A DNA stretch of 62,804 bases, counting the filler, from Sphacelaria rigidula (Eukaryota), in the NCBI GenBank assembly GCA_964200075.2. It is 6 parts of 6 records of this genome, joined end to end, with 100 filler letters (N's around TTAATTAATTAA, not from the genome) between each part and the next. Parts side by side here need not be neighbours in the genome. Positions count along the whole stretch, not along the records: positions 10,487 to 20,871 come from CAXNAA020006600.1; positions 20,972 to 31,355 come from CAXNAA020006601.1; 4 more parts are not named here. One strand, given 5' to 3'. The notes under the pieces are model-generated. The model did not search any database. It was not told where the DNA came from and was given only the letters and a program-made list of their open reading frames with translations. Below, piece by piece: positions 11,461 to 25,500 of the stretch (position 1 is the first letter of the stretch; each line of letters begins with the position of its first letter). A program made the position numbers and the translations under genes.

Positions 11461-13284
11461 TAATCATGGTACGGGGCAGAATCGCCGGCACTTCCTTCGT
11501 GCCCAATATTCGAGCACGTGTTGCACTTGACGTAGTACATACACCCTCTGCATCGGATTTTTTTCTCTTGTCACGCTTCATCGGTACACAACCGCTCTTC
11601 TTTTTTTGTTACCCTACACCCCTTCCCCCTTAACCCTAAAAATATCTCGTGACATTTTCGCGACGACCAAGAGTGCATGCGCTTTTATTCACATGAGGTA
11701 TACAAGAATTTCGAAAACTAGTTTTTTCGTACGTTCAACTGTGGTCAGGCTTGTAAAAAGTAAACGTACTCTAGGTCGTGGCGAAAACGTCGCCGGAAAC
11801 TTCTCAAGGTGTTCGAACTTTCCATCATCGAAGGGTGATGGCCATAACGAGTGTATTTCCCCCGTGATTTGATGGCGTCACCCAGTGAAATATACATTTT
11901 CGGTGCCTCTGTCATAAAAAATGGTTGTGACACACATCACCCTACACCGACCATCATCGGCACACGAGCAATCAGGGTGATGGATATCTATGACTGACGA
12001 GGAAATGGACTGGTGGCACACATCCTCCACCAAAAAACAATACTCCCGCATAAACGGATCAACATCGATAAACCCTCCGACCGGGAGGGTCGATCTCCTG
12101 TTACAGTAGCAATTTAGCTCGAGGAAAGAAGACAAGGCCTAGGAGCCGACGCATTCAGCGCTCGCTACTATTGCAATTCGATTTGAATAATATTTTGATC
12201 AGGCTGTCGAGTAGGAACAAGCACAGCCTAGTCTCCGCATCTTTCAGATCCATCGTATACTCAGTCGTTCAGTCAGCAGTCGTAGGACTGAGGGTTGGAT
12301 TACAAATGGGAAAAGTGAAAAAAAAACGAAGAAGAAAAAAACTGCGTTGTGTGGGGTTTTAGCACAAGGGGAGGAGGAAATGGTTCCAGATGCAGCAGGT
12401 GACATGTGTTGGCTCTTCATACGAAATGCACTACTGCCATTCCTTGCGCGTCGTGAGGCTCATTGGCACTGTGTCTGTAGTGTGGATACTGCCTACGAGC
12501 GCGCCGGCTTCGTTGTTCGCGGGCTGTCCTTTTTCTGTGCCACATGGTTGAGCACGTGCGTAAGATGCCGCTCACGATCAAAGGGCTGTTTTAAAGGCAC
12601 CACGGAGGTTCCTTAGTGAACGCAACATTTCACGGTTAGGACGAGTCAGAGTTCATACGAGTCGACTCCTCATGATGTGAACGCAGTGACGCTGTATAAA
12701 CTGTTGGTCCCGCTGAGTCGAGGGTGGATAAGACATATGCAGCGCAGTCATCTTGCGGGCATTACAGCTGTCGGAAAATTACGCGTGGTTCAGGGCCCAT
12801 CGGAAGTGAAGATTCAAGGCTGTACAGCTTGTTGGTCCCGCATTAGCCCGAAGGTGGGAAAAATATACGGGTGCTCACCTCGAACGACTTGGTCAAGCTA
12901 GTTGTGCATGACGTTCCCGACTCATGATGGTGAGAAGTACGTGGCATGTACAATCGATCCACTTGAATTAGCAGTCCAGGGTTGACTATGTGTTTCCGCT
13001 GTCTCTAAAGGTGGCGATTTAAGAAAATAAAGGAACTCATTGGAGAGGGCCGAATAATCTTGGCGGGACGCAGCTCGGCCTTGATGCGACTCGCCGAGCA
13101 CTCCACGGCGCGTCGTGCATGGTGATTGATTAGAAGCCTAGTCCGACGGAAATGCGACGTGCTTTGTTGTTCCTTTCTATGGTCGTGTGGCTAGGGCATA
13201 CGAAATTGTGAATTCGCCCCCCCCCCCATCCCCGTCCCAGAATGTGAACTAAACAAGGAGGAACGGGACGTCCCAAAGGGGGAA

Positions 13285-13555
13285 ATGCGGGACGTGAACA
13301 AAGGTTGCATGAAATCATTTGATGCATTAGACAGAAGGGGTAAAATGATGGCTATACTAAGGGATAGATGGTGGCCAGAGACGACAAAACAGAACGAGGA
13401 TAAGATAGGTGAAAGGTTTTTGTGTAATGTGTGGAAGAAACGTGATGAGCGCTGGAATGTTGAAGGTCTTTCCTGGAGAAGTAGGGACGGTGCTGCGTCT
13501 CGAAAGGCATGCGTGGTCAATGGTCAAACAACGAAGGCAAGCAACAAATGAGTAG
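13285..13555 (+). mobile_element. Dispersed repeat, probable 3' end of a non-LTR retrotransposon
   Basis: Homologous to 40296-40535 on another contig (MAIL.DRWWP.T.K...D...FLC..WKK...KGC.VNG...ASNK* in both). The element class is inferred. Confidence 0.55.
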
Positions 13556-16500
13556 ATCCCATCCCGCCTTGTGCCCCTCCCCCTCCGGCTCTATCTTTTT
13601 CCATTTTGNNNNNNNNNNCTTACCTTAGTATGACACCATTTCAGGGAGGAAAGCGGAACGGCGGCATTTTTTTCCTCCTCTTCTTCTACTATGTGCGCAA
13701 CACACGCTTCGAAAGTCTGTCGAACAGTTCGGTCATGTGTGAAACGTGTCCCAATGCACTGTAAAAACTACTTTGCCGCGTACGTATTGCGCATCTTATC
13801 ACGTCACACGATGCCTCCACATTCCCGATAAAGTACGACAGCGTTGCTTCCTTCGCTTTGTTCGTCGCCGTTCCCAAGATGTGGACACTTTGAAACTGTG
13901 AAAGTCCGCTGCTGTAGCAACATCTGCTGTAGGGGGTAAGTGCACCAACTCTAGGCTTTCTTGTGTTGTTGTCGAAGAACTGGCGGAGATATGGCGTGGT
14001 TGTTTACGTCGTCCCCGCGCATGACAACATACTGGAAAATCTCACAGACCACGATGCAGTATTTTCTCTACTTCACATTCGTAGAAGTGTTCGAGGATGT
14101 GCTGCATGCGTCACAATTGGTGGGACGAGGGCATGTTACCCGACTTCCGAGCAGTCGGTTTCGTCGCGGATTCCCTCGTCGTTTTTTCTGTCAAGGTTTC
14201 GTGAGAGTCTGCAGACGTGAATCCCTTGAAAAGAATGACGAAATTAAAAACAGCAGATTCCCGACATTTTTTGGCGGAATGCAGACTGTTGTTGTTCAAG
14301 GAATTGGCCTGAACATGTGTACTCGCCTAAGCTCAGGGCAGTGGGGAGGGGTTGGCCTGTTTTCTTGGTGGGCTGGCATTTCAACGTGTTTCCGCTGATA
14401 CGCACAAAGATTGCACGATTACCGGAAGTATACCGTGATATTATGCTGGCTTGTTTTAGTTTGATGCGTTGGTTGTAGATCGAGTGTTGCATTCGCCCTC
14501 ACTGTGGAACTACAGTAGTGGGCGGCCTAACTATTCATCATTTTGTGGCATTTTTTTATTTTCTCGTAATTGGCGATTTTCTTGGGCTCTTTTCGCTTGC
14601 CACCGCTTATCACATTGGGGATCTTGAGATATCTGTATCACCTCCACATTCCGAACAAAAAAATCGTCTTTACTCAATATTGAGTGACTTACGGGCTGGT
14701 CGGTCATCCGGGGTCCTGCCACATGTCAGCCCAGATTCTCACTCTTCGGTATTTTTGGTCGATCGAGCATGTCCCGATGATATTTGCGAAGAAATGTACA
14801 GTTATTTTTTTTTAATCAACGTATCCAATGCACAAGAGCGGAAAAACTGTGTTTCACGGTCAGTAACTCCCTCCTGACAAACGGGGTATTTTCTCGTACC
14901 GACCAATCACACCAACTGACGCTGACTTGGGCACTGTGTTTCGACAATGACTTGGTTATTGCACCAAGATTTATCGACCCTGGCAATTTCGAGTTCTATC
15001 GAAGAGTAGTTCGCAAGGAAAATCCCAACACGTCCCTGATGAGTTAGACCGCTCACTCCTGTGCAGGGATGTAGGTGCAAGACGAAAAACGGGGTACTTC
15101 GAATTCACATTCCAACCACCGTTCGTTCATGCCGTCTGTCCCACTGAACAATATGTGTGCACAACCGGCGTGTGAATGATACAGATGCACCCTATCGTAC
15201 TGTGCAAATTGCGTTGATGTAACAGGAATCCTCAGCGATACAAATCCACACGCCTGTGGTGCACCATCGTCGTCGCATTTCCGATCGCCCTTTTCCTCGG
15301 AACGAGTCCGTGGTATAGAGAGCAACCCGTTGCTTCCCGATCCCAGCTTTACATTTCGTATCGAGGATGGGATTATGACCGCGCCAACATTCACGCACCG
15401 CGTCGACGACTGTCGATATGTCCTTTTCCACTCATGTCCCCCGCGTTTCCAGGCCGGCTGTCGTGCAATTGTAGGTCTTCCCACCGTTCAAAAGGTTATT
15501 TCAACACGTTCACACAGTGGTCTGCCCTCGTGAACTTGCTGAATCGGTCTCGCTCGCGTCAGGGTAGGTGAAGCATTGCTCGAAAGCCTATTTTGAAGCA
15601 CGGGATGCTACAACTTTCGAATCACCCTTGTCTTGGAGAAGTCTAGGGGACCTCAAGAAGCCATGAAATATTATTGCAAAAACAACACAAATGTACCCTC
15701 TGGCCGTGATGCCTGGCTTCGCTCATGCTGAAACAAACAAACATCCCCTATTTATGAAGTCTCGTGTATGTTTCCGATGGTTCCGACCTCCGTTCATTCG
15801 CGTAGAAATCATTTTTTCACATGCTTCAGAGTATCCCGTTAAGTCAGGATAAAATACAAATTCCAGATGTATTTTTTTCGGTGAGGATTAGCATTTGGAA
15901 CCTCGATACATGAAGAACCGTGATGCATGACCGAAAATAATCGAGATACTCGCGACAAAAAACTGCAGAAACGTTCCCCGGCCGTGTGTCGAACTGCTCA
16001 TCATAAAAAGATTCGTCAGCGATAGTAATCCCGTGTTTTTTCCGAGCATTTCGACATCCGTCCACCCCTGTACGAGAGGAGCGTAACATTTTTTCGCAAT
16101 TCCCCGGTAGAATGATACTTCTTCTGTTTCATTAGTCTGGGAACCTATCTTAGTACGAGCCCTTAACGGTGTCCGATTTGATTTTCAATTTTTTTATTGC
16201 ATTCGTTGGCGTTTTTTTATATAAAAACAACACTCTTTCTACAACGTGGGTGCTCGACGCGTGCAGTCTGCCGGTCGAGAAGAAGTAGGTCGGCCAAAAA
16301 ACGGCAGTCTTTCGCTCTCCTTCCCAGTAAGCATGGGGGAACCGGGAACACGAAAAATCGCGAAAAAACGTGAAGAAAACGTGAAAATCGCAGAAGAACC
16401 AGTGATTCTGGATATGTTCGTGACGTTAACCTACGCACGCCCCATCAAACATATATTCAACGTGTAATCGCGAGTGTTTGACGTGAAATCGTCCAAAATT

Positions 16501-19500
16501 GGTCAAAATTGGGGTATACGTGGACCAATAATGGGTCAAAATGGGCATATTTTGGCGTCATTTTTGTATGGATCACTAACTTTTTTTTCATTTCTTTTTG
16601 TATCAGCTTCGCCGGCGCTTCATCTTTTCAACGAAGCCAACTATAGGATGATCGGAAGGGTTTGAATGCACAAACGACTAAACGTCCATAAGTGCCCAGA
16701 CTTGAGAAACAGAGGAAGTATGTTGCAAATCGCGGAATGATTTTTGCTGGACATGACGGAGGCCACACGTCACGGCTGGTGGACGTTTTTTTTTCTCCCC
16801 AAAAGATATTTTGATGCTCATAGAGTTTCCCAAGGCTGATCCTGAACAAGAGCGATGCGTCCGAAATTCCGAGAGAATCTCGCGCTTGGTGTCCTCTCCG
16901 GCTTCCCCAGAGGTCCTGTTACAGAAAGTTACCGGCAGCACTTTCTTCATCCAAGTAGGCACGTCACCTCATGTGGTGAAAAGCTGTTGAACACACTTGG
17001 ACAGAGTACCACTTTCTCGTGGGTGCATCCCTGAATATTGCGACGGTCAGCTGTCGATCACTTAGGTCGAGAGGCACAAACGCGCTCCCGCATGTGCGTG
17101 TCGGTGTACCACATGATGCGATTCACATCGGTGCTTTTCATTTGTCTGCATCTAGTCCGCTGGCATCGTGGGTGCGAAGTGTTGGTGCATGTCTGATACT
17201 ATTTCGTACCACGAAGACTCACCAATTGGTGGAGATTTTGCATTTCCACGCACATGTGGCGATTGTACACGAGAATGCCACACACTTGTCGATCCTCTTG
17301 ACTTTGATTACAAGACATCTCCACGTGGAGGTGTTCCTGTGAAAATGTCCTCAAATTGATCGACTACTGTGTGGCTGGACTCATGAGTGGAAAAAGCGGA
17401 ATGTGCAACAGTCACGACGTTTGTGCTTCTACCTGGGTTTATGACGGACAACCACGAATATAGCGGAGGGAAATTAAGAACCACCGCTACTTGGATCGTG
17501 GTCGCCCTGTGTACTGGAGATGGCGGTATATATATGGGTGAGTAAGATTACCTCTAACCTCGGAAAACGAAGCGGGGGAATTCACCCGACTCTGAAAACA
17601 GTACACTTCATAAACCTCTTCAGCTCCACGTCACCCTGCGACGTTTTTCATTTCTGAAAGCTTGATAAGATAGCGCAATGTTTTTTGTCACCGTTCACCT
17701 TCGACGAGGGCGAGGTTCGACCTTCGACCCAAGCTGTCAGCACCTCAAATTATGCTTGTAATGGGCAATACGCGGAGTTCCGATGGTGGCTCTGACACCT
17801 TGATTTTGAAAAACGAAAATTTGATTCTTTACACGCATACTCGATGAACACTGGAGACATCAAAACTCAAGGAGAGCGTCACTGTTAGAGATGCTAATCG
17901 GGGCCAAAATATATCGGAATTTCTTGCAAAGAGTGTCATGAATTTTCCTCGCGGAAAATCGCACAAGCCAATTACATGGGAATGATCCGCCTAGTCGATC
18001 GGCGAAGAAGCGAATGGGCCGCCCGGTCGGTTGGGAAAAAAAGTGCAGAAGGCCATCTGCACCCATGACACGCACACGTCGCTGCTGCATTGCATCGCCG
18101 GTACGGTTTGTTCATAATTTATTTTCACGTCCAAAGTGTGACAATGCAACACAGATGACCCGCCCTGGCGGTGCCAGTCTGTGTAGGTCGAGACAAAGTC
18201 GATCGAAAACGCAGAGTAAAGTACAGCAGTGCCATGCTTTACATTACTGTACAGTGTTGTCTCTTTTCTCCCACCCGTTGCGTTCGTTCCGTTTGTCTAT
18301 GGGTATGACCAAGGATCAGACTACACGAAACTCTCCGACACCACCATCCCTTCCTGCCTTCAGTTGCAAAAAACGTCCTTGGGCTGCGGTGGGGATTCAT
18401 TTTTGAAGTAAATAGTTCACCCAGACAAACACAACAGATCCATCATGAGGTTGCTGCTGTCTGTGTAAATAGACAGAGCCGAAGTGCATCGTACAACACA
18501 GTGCAATCAGTACAATACAGCCCAGAGCCCGCTGCATTCCTCCCTTCTTCTGTGGGTATCGTCGACTATCGGATTACTTCTTTGGAGATCGTCACTGAAG
18601 ATGGTCGCCTCTTCCTACAAGTAACCGGCTTTAAAGTTGAACTCTCTGAACCCCGTTTAGGTCATCTGGGTTTTGCACCCATTTTTCAAGCCCGACCCTG
18701 GGTCGAGTGGAGGGCGAGAGACATTTGTTGGTGTATTCCGAATGTACAAGCTCAAGTCGCAGCGGACCGAGGCTGTAGACGCGGTACGGCGAACACGGCG
18801 GTACCAACACAATGAACACCACAGACGAAGAGGAGAGGACAATTCGGTCACCATGTTTTCTGCTCCAGTACATGCAATGCTTGTTACCTTGGCTTCCCTG
18901 TGCGGCTGTGTACACAAGCGGCGGAGCAGTCCACAACAGAAAATGTCTGAGAGTATCATATTTCCACATGCGTACGCACCGATGTGAGGTGACACGAAGG
19001 GACCAGAGGCGACCTAGGTCTGGGTCTACTCATTGACGACAGGCCACGTGACTGGTGAAGGCCACAAGAGAGTGTGGTCTACATCAGAGGAGCGAGTGTC
19101 TTAGACATCAATGAAGACGTCGGAGACGGGGCGGTCCGAATTGCTGTCGCTCAGAGCCTTTCGAGATTCGACTGCTGCACCGCTCGTATAGGATTCGACA
19201 AATGTAACTGAACGTTCAAAAACTTCCTCCTAGATGGACACGGCGACTGTTTTTCCACCGTTCACGCTCCAGAGCTGTCCTTTCGAGGAATTGCTCGTCA
19301 CATTTTGGAGAACCCTGTTTTTCGAATTTTCGAGATGGCTGTATACATGCAACACACTCGCTTTGAGGCAGTAACCCGATCAATTCTCCTTACAGCGAAG
19401 CCGTTCGATCAGTGAGAGCGTAAGCAAGAACACAACAAATTGCAGATTACCGCGCGGCGCTGTTTTTTCAGACCCTTTTTCGTTTCTTAGCTTCGATTTC

Positions 19501-20797
19501 TCGGAGTTCTATGAACTTTGAAGTGGCAGTTTTTTCGTTTCTTTGTCTCTGGGTGAATTTATCTGCTGCCGCGGTTCGGTGAGTTTTGGAGCAAAATTTT
19601 ATTGTCTCTGTCCTGGCCGTTTATTTGAGCGTCACAGTGTTGCGTTTGAAAGGGTTAAAAAAATCCGGAAACGAACGGGTCAAAGATGACGCCCTTGCCG
19701 GATCTCCCATCTTCCACTCATCACATATCCTTACATAGTTTCATAACCGATACAGATATCTAATCTTTGGCTCAACCTCTTGGTAGCAGTCATTTACCAT
19801 CTCCCAAATCAAATTACTTTATTTTCACGCCTATCGTGGAGGACGGGGCGGCCCCGTCCGACCCTGGTACATATTATGATCACCCACGAGTGATGGAACT
19901 CCAAACCTCGATTTACTTTTCCACAGAAAATGGTGTCACTGTCAAACTTTCTCCTTTGCCGGAAGACTCCGACAATTTCTTGTTTTTCGACGAGTTATGG
20001 AGCGGAGGGCTACACACACTGTGCTCTACGGTGCATGAGATGTATCTGCTATACCTGAAGTCAAGCCTTGTCGTTCGGATGGATACTGTCTACTTTTTTC
20101 CCCATTATATTTTAGTATATTTGCTGTTTACTTTTCTTTTCTTTTTCTTTCTTGATAGGTAGGCCATTTGTTCCTGTGCCTAGCCTCTGTTGATTTTGTC
20201 AAATCAATCAAATGTATCGTTCGGTTGTCAAGCACGTGACGCACTTCGAGTTCGCTTCTCCGGAACCCGTTGATAGGATACACCGCGAACAATGAATTGG
20301 TGGAAATGAAACTGGAGTTGAATTCAGGCAGTGGGAAATCGTGTAGGGCTCTGTCTCGAAGTTTCAGGCCACGTACATTTCATCAGTGTATATTTCTCTT
20401 GGGGTTAGGGTTAGTTAACCCTCACCTCAAGTCTGATTGGTTGTGATTGTACGCACGGGCTGTTGATGGTATCCAAGCTCATGCCGTTTTTCGCTGCATT
20501 CTCGCGGCGTAATTCAGGTGAAAATCTATTGGTTTTCGTGGCAGGCTGCCAATTCCTCCAGGCGGCCGAACAGACCAGGAACGTTCATAGCCCGAAATTG
20601 GCTTGTAGTCGCCACTATTTTTATCACGAAGTCAAGAAAATGAGGAATGCGGGAAAACGGCGGAACTAAACAAGAATGCAAGAAGAGCTCTTGATACCGC
20701 TTTATGTTTTTCAGCTGCGCTACCTTTTCCTCGTCGGAGCGTGTTCGAGTGACAACTCGCTGCTTTGCACCGATGAAATCCGCGGAAAATAGCTTGA

Positions 20798-20871
20798 CCC
20801 TTAGACCGCGAGGTTAGTCTTCTGTTGAATCGGCATCAATTTCAAGTGAAAAGAAAGTATGTATGATCCAG
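20798..20871. mobile_element. Copy of the 98-bp MITE, truncated at the contig end
   Basis: TTGA-CCCTTAGACCGCGAGGTTAGTCTTCTGTT... matches the reverse complement of 6037-6134. Confidence 0.8.
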
Positions 20872-20971
20872 NNNNNNNNNNNNNNNNNNNNNNNNNNNNN
20901 NNNNNNNNNNNNNNNTTAATTAATTAANNNNNNNNNNNNNNNNNNNNNNNNNNNNNNNNNNNNNNNNNNNN
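20872..20971. other. Artificial contig spacer
   Basis: Same N44-TTAATTAATTAA-N44 structure. Confidence 0.98.
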
Positions 20972-21326
20972 GCTTTTTGTGGGGTTTTTCCCCCCCCAAT
21001 TCTGGCCGTTTGGGGGGGGGGGGGGGAGGGCTATCGTAGAAAGTATCGATTGTGGGATTCTCTCAAGGAAGGCGTAGAGAACGTTGTGGCTCACCATTGA
21101 CGAGAGTGAGATTCACAAAGCTGCAGGTGCTTACTCAGGGGCACTACCAGCACGTGGTAATATCATACAACGTGTGACCACTTTCCAGCTGTAAGAATTA
21201 TCGCCAACACGTTCCTGCAGGGATCAACGTATATGGTATGCTGTAACACGTATTCGGAATTGCTCATGTGATACGCCGTTACACGTCCCCCCGGACCATT
21301 CATTCTGCGCTCTTTAACTGTCGCAG

Positions 21327-21539
21327 GAACCCCGCCCACCAGAGCGGTTCTTGGAGATGCACCGCCTGGCACATATTGTAAACAAGATAGACAGAGCGGT
21401 TGCAGTAGTGCCAAAGGGGGCCCTACTGGTCGAAGCTTCCCGCAAGATCCGACAGTTTCGAAACTTTGAGGGTTTGACGGCTGAGGCAGCGAGAGACCTT
21501 TGCAACTACTTCCACTTTCGCAATCCTGAGTCCATCCAG
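21327..21539 (+). CDS. RSPH9: Radial spoke head protein 9 homologue, internal exon
   Basis: TCGCAG|GAA acceptor and CAG|GTGGGG donor. EMHRLAHIVNKIDRAVAVVPKGA...NFEGL...NYFHFR matches the RSP9 pattern RLA..V..ID....VVPRGA...FEGL.....YFHFR. Confidence 0.85.
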
Positions 21540-21887
21540 GTGGGGGAGACATGTAGTGATATCACTATTTAAACGGTAAACTCTGGAGAATAATAACAGT
21601 TTTATCTATTGGTCTAGTACAGTCAGAATTGTCAGTCGAACTGCAGGTATTGTGTATGTACTCTACATATTCCATTATTCACCCCGTGACCTGCGCTGAT
21701 GGGTTGTCTCCAGACTACCTTTCTCGTCTTCATGATCACTCAGGAGGCCTTCCCTTGGCAATACAGAAGACCAATGCGCACAAAACCTCTTGTGATTTTT
21801 TCCCCACTCAAGCCTCCAATATGTTTTACAGTGAAAACATGAAGCATCACACCTGATCCTTGCTCCCCACATATTTTGAGTACCCAG

Positions 21888-22052
21888 GCAAGAGCAGCCT
21901 TAGTGAAGAAGGGGTTGGTGCGAGACGGCGACTTCTTAGATCCTATATTGACCGATAAACCCGATGGATCGTGGACCCTAGTGATGGATCCATCCTCTGC
22001 TGTGGCGGTTCTGCGTAGCTTAGCTTGGCCCGGATATTTCTTCTTCCATCAG
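21888..22052 (+). CDS. RSPH9: RSPH9 next exon; the terminal exon was not found in this contig
   Basis: CCCAG|GCA acceptor and CAG|GTAAC donor, in phase with the previous exon. DFLDPILTDKPDGSWTL...LRSLAWPGYFFFH matches RSP9 DFLD...D.P.GSW.....LRSL.WPG..FYH. Confidence 0.88.
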
Positions 22053-22284
22053 GTAACACGTGTCACTGCAGTACACTTCACTACAGCGACCTCCAGCATT
22101 CCCATGCACTCCCTTCAAGGTCATTCCTGGAGCCAGGCGTTTATAGGAAGATATTTGAAAATTGCTGAGCCAAAAACATGGGTTAAGTGCGGTATTTACC
22201 TATTTTGTGGACCACAAGTAACAACTTTTTCCCTAGCCTGAGAGTATATACCTTGTGATTGAGGGTGAGATTCTTAATCGTCGG

Positions 22285-22500
22285 TAGAGTCAGCATAATA
22301 TTCACTTGAAAAGTGACTACGTGACATAGACTGCCCACCCTGGCCGCCAAAGGGTTACATCCCGAAGAGTTAGCCGTTGAATGTATAATCCGAAATGTAG
22401 AGTGGGTATTATTTTCACTTGAAAAGTGACTTGGTGACACAGATTGCGAACCCTGGCCGCCAAACGGTCAACATCCCGCAGAGTTAGTCGTTGAATGTGT
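22285..22500. repeat. Tandem duplication, period 113 bp, related to the 98-bp MITE family
   Basis: TTCACTTGAAAAGTGACT at 22301 and 22414; ACCCTGGCCGCCAAA.GGT occurs twice. Confidence 0.7.
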
Positions 22501-25500
22501 GATGCGAAAACAAACAAACGCCGATACACCAATCTATGCCATTGCGACGGGTCATTGACCTACACTCGTACTCAAAGCATTAATCGGGAAAAAAACATTT
22601 TTGGAGTGCCTGGCACTGTGTGCGACGTGCATAACCTCCTCAACGTACACTACCTCATCACTGAACAGGAATATTTCGATGGTTGATATCCATATTTCCC
22701 TTCTTTCTATTGCTGCTTCGACAAAGCGGATTGTTCCCTGTGATTACTCGTCAGTTTTACATTTATTAATGGGATCACATGAAAGCATCGCGTTCCTGAG
22801 AAAAGCTCACTCTCAACCAAAAGCTAGACTCTCGGTGTGGCGAAGAGGTAGTTTTGTACCTCACAAAGGCAAACGTACGCGCAACAGACGCGACGTGCCG
22901 GGGGAACATCAGCCACCAGTGGAAGAGCCGAAGCACGTCTTGCGCGCATCAAGCGAGCGCTGCACGAGTAATTCAAGTGCCCAAGTCACCGTTTTCTTGT
23001 TGCGGCTGGTGTTTAAAACTGCGCGTATCATCCCGCTCCTCGAGCGGGATTTTGATTTGGCAGCTTTGAATGCACACACCGAACACGTTCCACCATCCAC
23101 CCGACGCGACGGCGGCGATCTCGAGCATCAGGATTCTTTTAGCGTGAGCTTTTCTGAATGTAGCCTCTAGTATCGTACAGTCTGCATAAACCAGCCCTCT
23201 GCCACCAGAAGTATATGTATTTTTTCAAGCGGCGGGATTAGTTATGTTTGGATTCATGACAAGTACTGGCAAAATCGTTTAAACCTTATTTTGGGTAACT
23301 AGCCTTGTCTATCATGATACCACGGCTGGACCCCTGGGGGATCAGTTAAAGTGCGACAATCAATCAACCAATCAACCAACCAACCAATCAATCAATCAAA
23401 AGCCTGTGATCACGGAAGGCGTCCTCATCAGGTGTCCCGCACGGAAATAGAACGACTGCGCACACATCGGAATGGCTTTTAATATGAACACCACCACCAG
23501 CACATCATCAACAACAACAATAACAACAACAATTACGGCAGTCCACCGCCCTGGCGTTGACGATCGTGATAAGCTCTTGACAGTTGGCTCCGTGGGGTCT
23601 TCACTTCGTGAAACATCTCTTCTGCCGGATTTCAGACAAACTTCAGCTCACTCCCTCGTGGTTGTGAAAACTGAAGAGGGTATTCTACCTTGGTATTTCT
23701 GAATTTCAGGATCTCCACCGTGAAACCCAGGAGCCAGAAATGAATGTTCGTATAGTTCCATGCTGGGCTTCCTATTTGCTTGAATACTTCATACTTTTGC
23801 AAGTAATCCAGAATTCCTTGTTGTGTCCCATGGACCAACCGTAGCAGACGTGTATGCACGGTTGCTTCCCGGCGATGTTGCTTTGATGAGGCCGGTGGAT
23901 CTGTGGTGACGCTGCCGACATAACGCAAGCGGTTGGCCCTTTTGTTTATGATAGCCTTTAGTCAATCTACCGACTGCGTGCACCGAAAATCAATTTTCTT
24001 CGCCTTCTCCAGCGGTGATCTCTTTGAGTCGCCGGAACAAGGGGGCGCCTCGATTCATTCGTCTGCCCCCTGTATGCCCCAAACATTTTTACGGTGTGAA
24101 AACCTGAGCTAATACCCAGATCACTCGCACGTTGTGTTGAATATCTTCCATATCCCCCAACGTTTCTGCTCGCTCGGGTTCGGCCACCGTAGGCGGAAAC
24201 CGGCGACTACGGAGGAGCTTATTTTGGGAACGGGTTGCCCAACACGGACCTGTCTTTCATGCTGTAGTGGTACTTGATGTCGTGGTCCATGTGATGTGCA
24301 ACATATTTTCAGGGGCATGCCTTGATTTTTGTCGACCTGGTATAGCGAACTATATCGTTGATCTGTTAGCGTAGTACTGTTATGGAAGATTCACACTCCT
24401 CGTTGTGCATTAAGGTGATCGTCACGAGCGTACGTAATGCCAACGGTGAGCAGAAACGTGCAGACTTTGCAGGTCTCAGCAACACCTGATTCGGCGCTTC
24501 TTTTTTTTTTGTCTAGATGGGAAGACGATGCCACGATCCCAGTATTGCTGGTTGGCGCACTCGGTGCGAATGTGAAGACGAGTGTCGATTGTACACGTGC
24601 CACCATAGTTGCGTCGTGTGAAAATAGTTCAATCTTGCGGTTGTAGCAATAAATACGATCTACTGTATCCGCGAACTAGCAACTCCGACTGTCTGAGCAC
24701 TTCGCGTTTGTCAGCTGTTCCAAGACTCTCCGCGATTGTGTGCGAGTTTGCCGTCGCGTGCGACCTCGCGCACGCGGCTCGGGTCAGGGGAACTCTCCCC
24801 CACCTCGCTGCTATTCTTGCTGTCCAGCTCAACGTCTTCCACTACCGGTGAGAACTGCTCCTTTTGCTGCTGCTACTCTTGCTCTTGCTGCTCTTGCTGC
24901 TCTTCAATGCGAATTTGCTGCCTCGTACGCCCAAGCGCGTGCGGCTCGCTCACGGGTGACCCATCACCCGCATCGCCGAAGCTGATGTCCACCGGGCCCT
25001 CACCTTCGTATCATCGGGCTGTACCGGCTGTTCCTCGCCCCCCCTGCTCGACACTGTGTCAGCCGAGGATGCTGCAACCGGGGATGCGGGTTCTCTGGCC
25101 TCCTGGTTTCGACGCTCAGCAGGCGTTGCTCTCGAAGGTTGTTCTTTGATGGGGTCACCATCCCTGGTATCCGCCCACCTTACGCTTGCACGGGTCATGG
25201 GCATTGAAACCCGTACGTTTCATCTCTATCGTCACAGATGAACCCTCCGTTTGTACCCGAAGAAGCCCCCCTCCCTCCCGGCGAAGGATAAACTTCATGC
25301 TGCATAGATACAGATAGCCGGCGCCACGTCACATTGCGTGTTATGATCACGTGAGGACTCTTAGACAGTAATTCAATTACATCTCGGGGTTGATTTTGGG
25401 CGTGTCAGAGGTAATATCACTTTTGTGGCTTTTGGACATACATCTCAGTCAGTTGTTGTTTGCAGTACTCTGGCCTAAAAAACGGCAACAGCTCGAGTTC

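Noticed and set aside
20399..20430. Interstitial telomere (GGGTTAGGGTTAG..CCCTCACC)
   Set aside because: Only about two units, too short to support.
23600..25250. Copia-like gag/protease relic on the minus strand
   Set aside because: The texture is suggestive but no diagnostic motif is intact enough to call.
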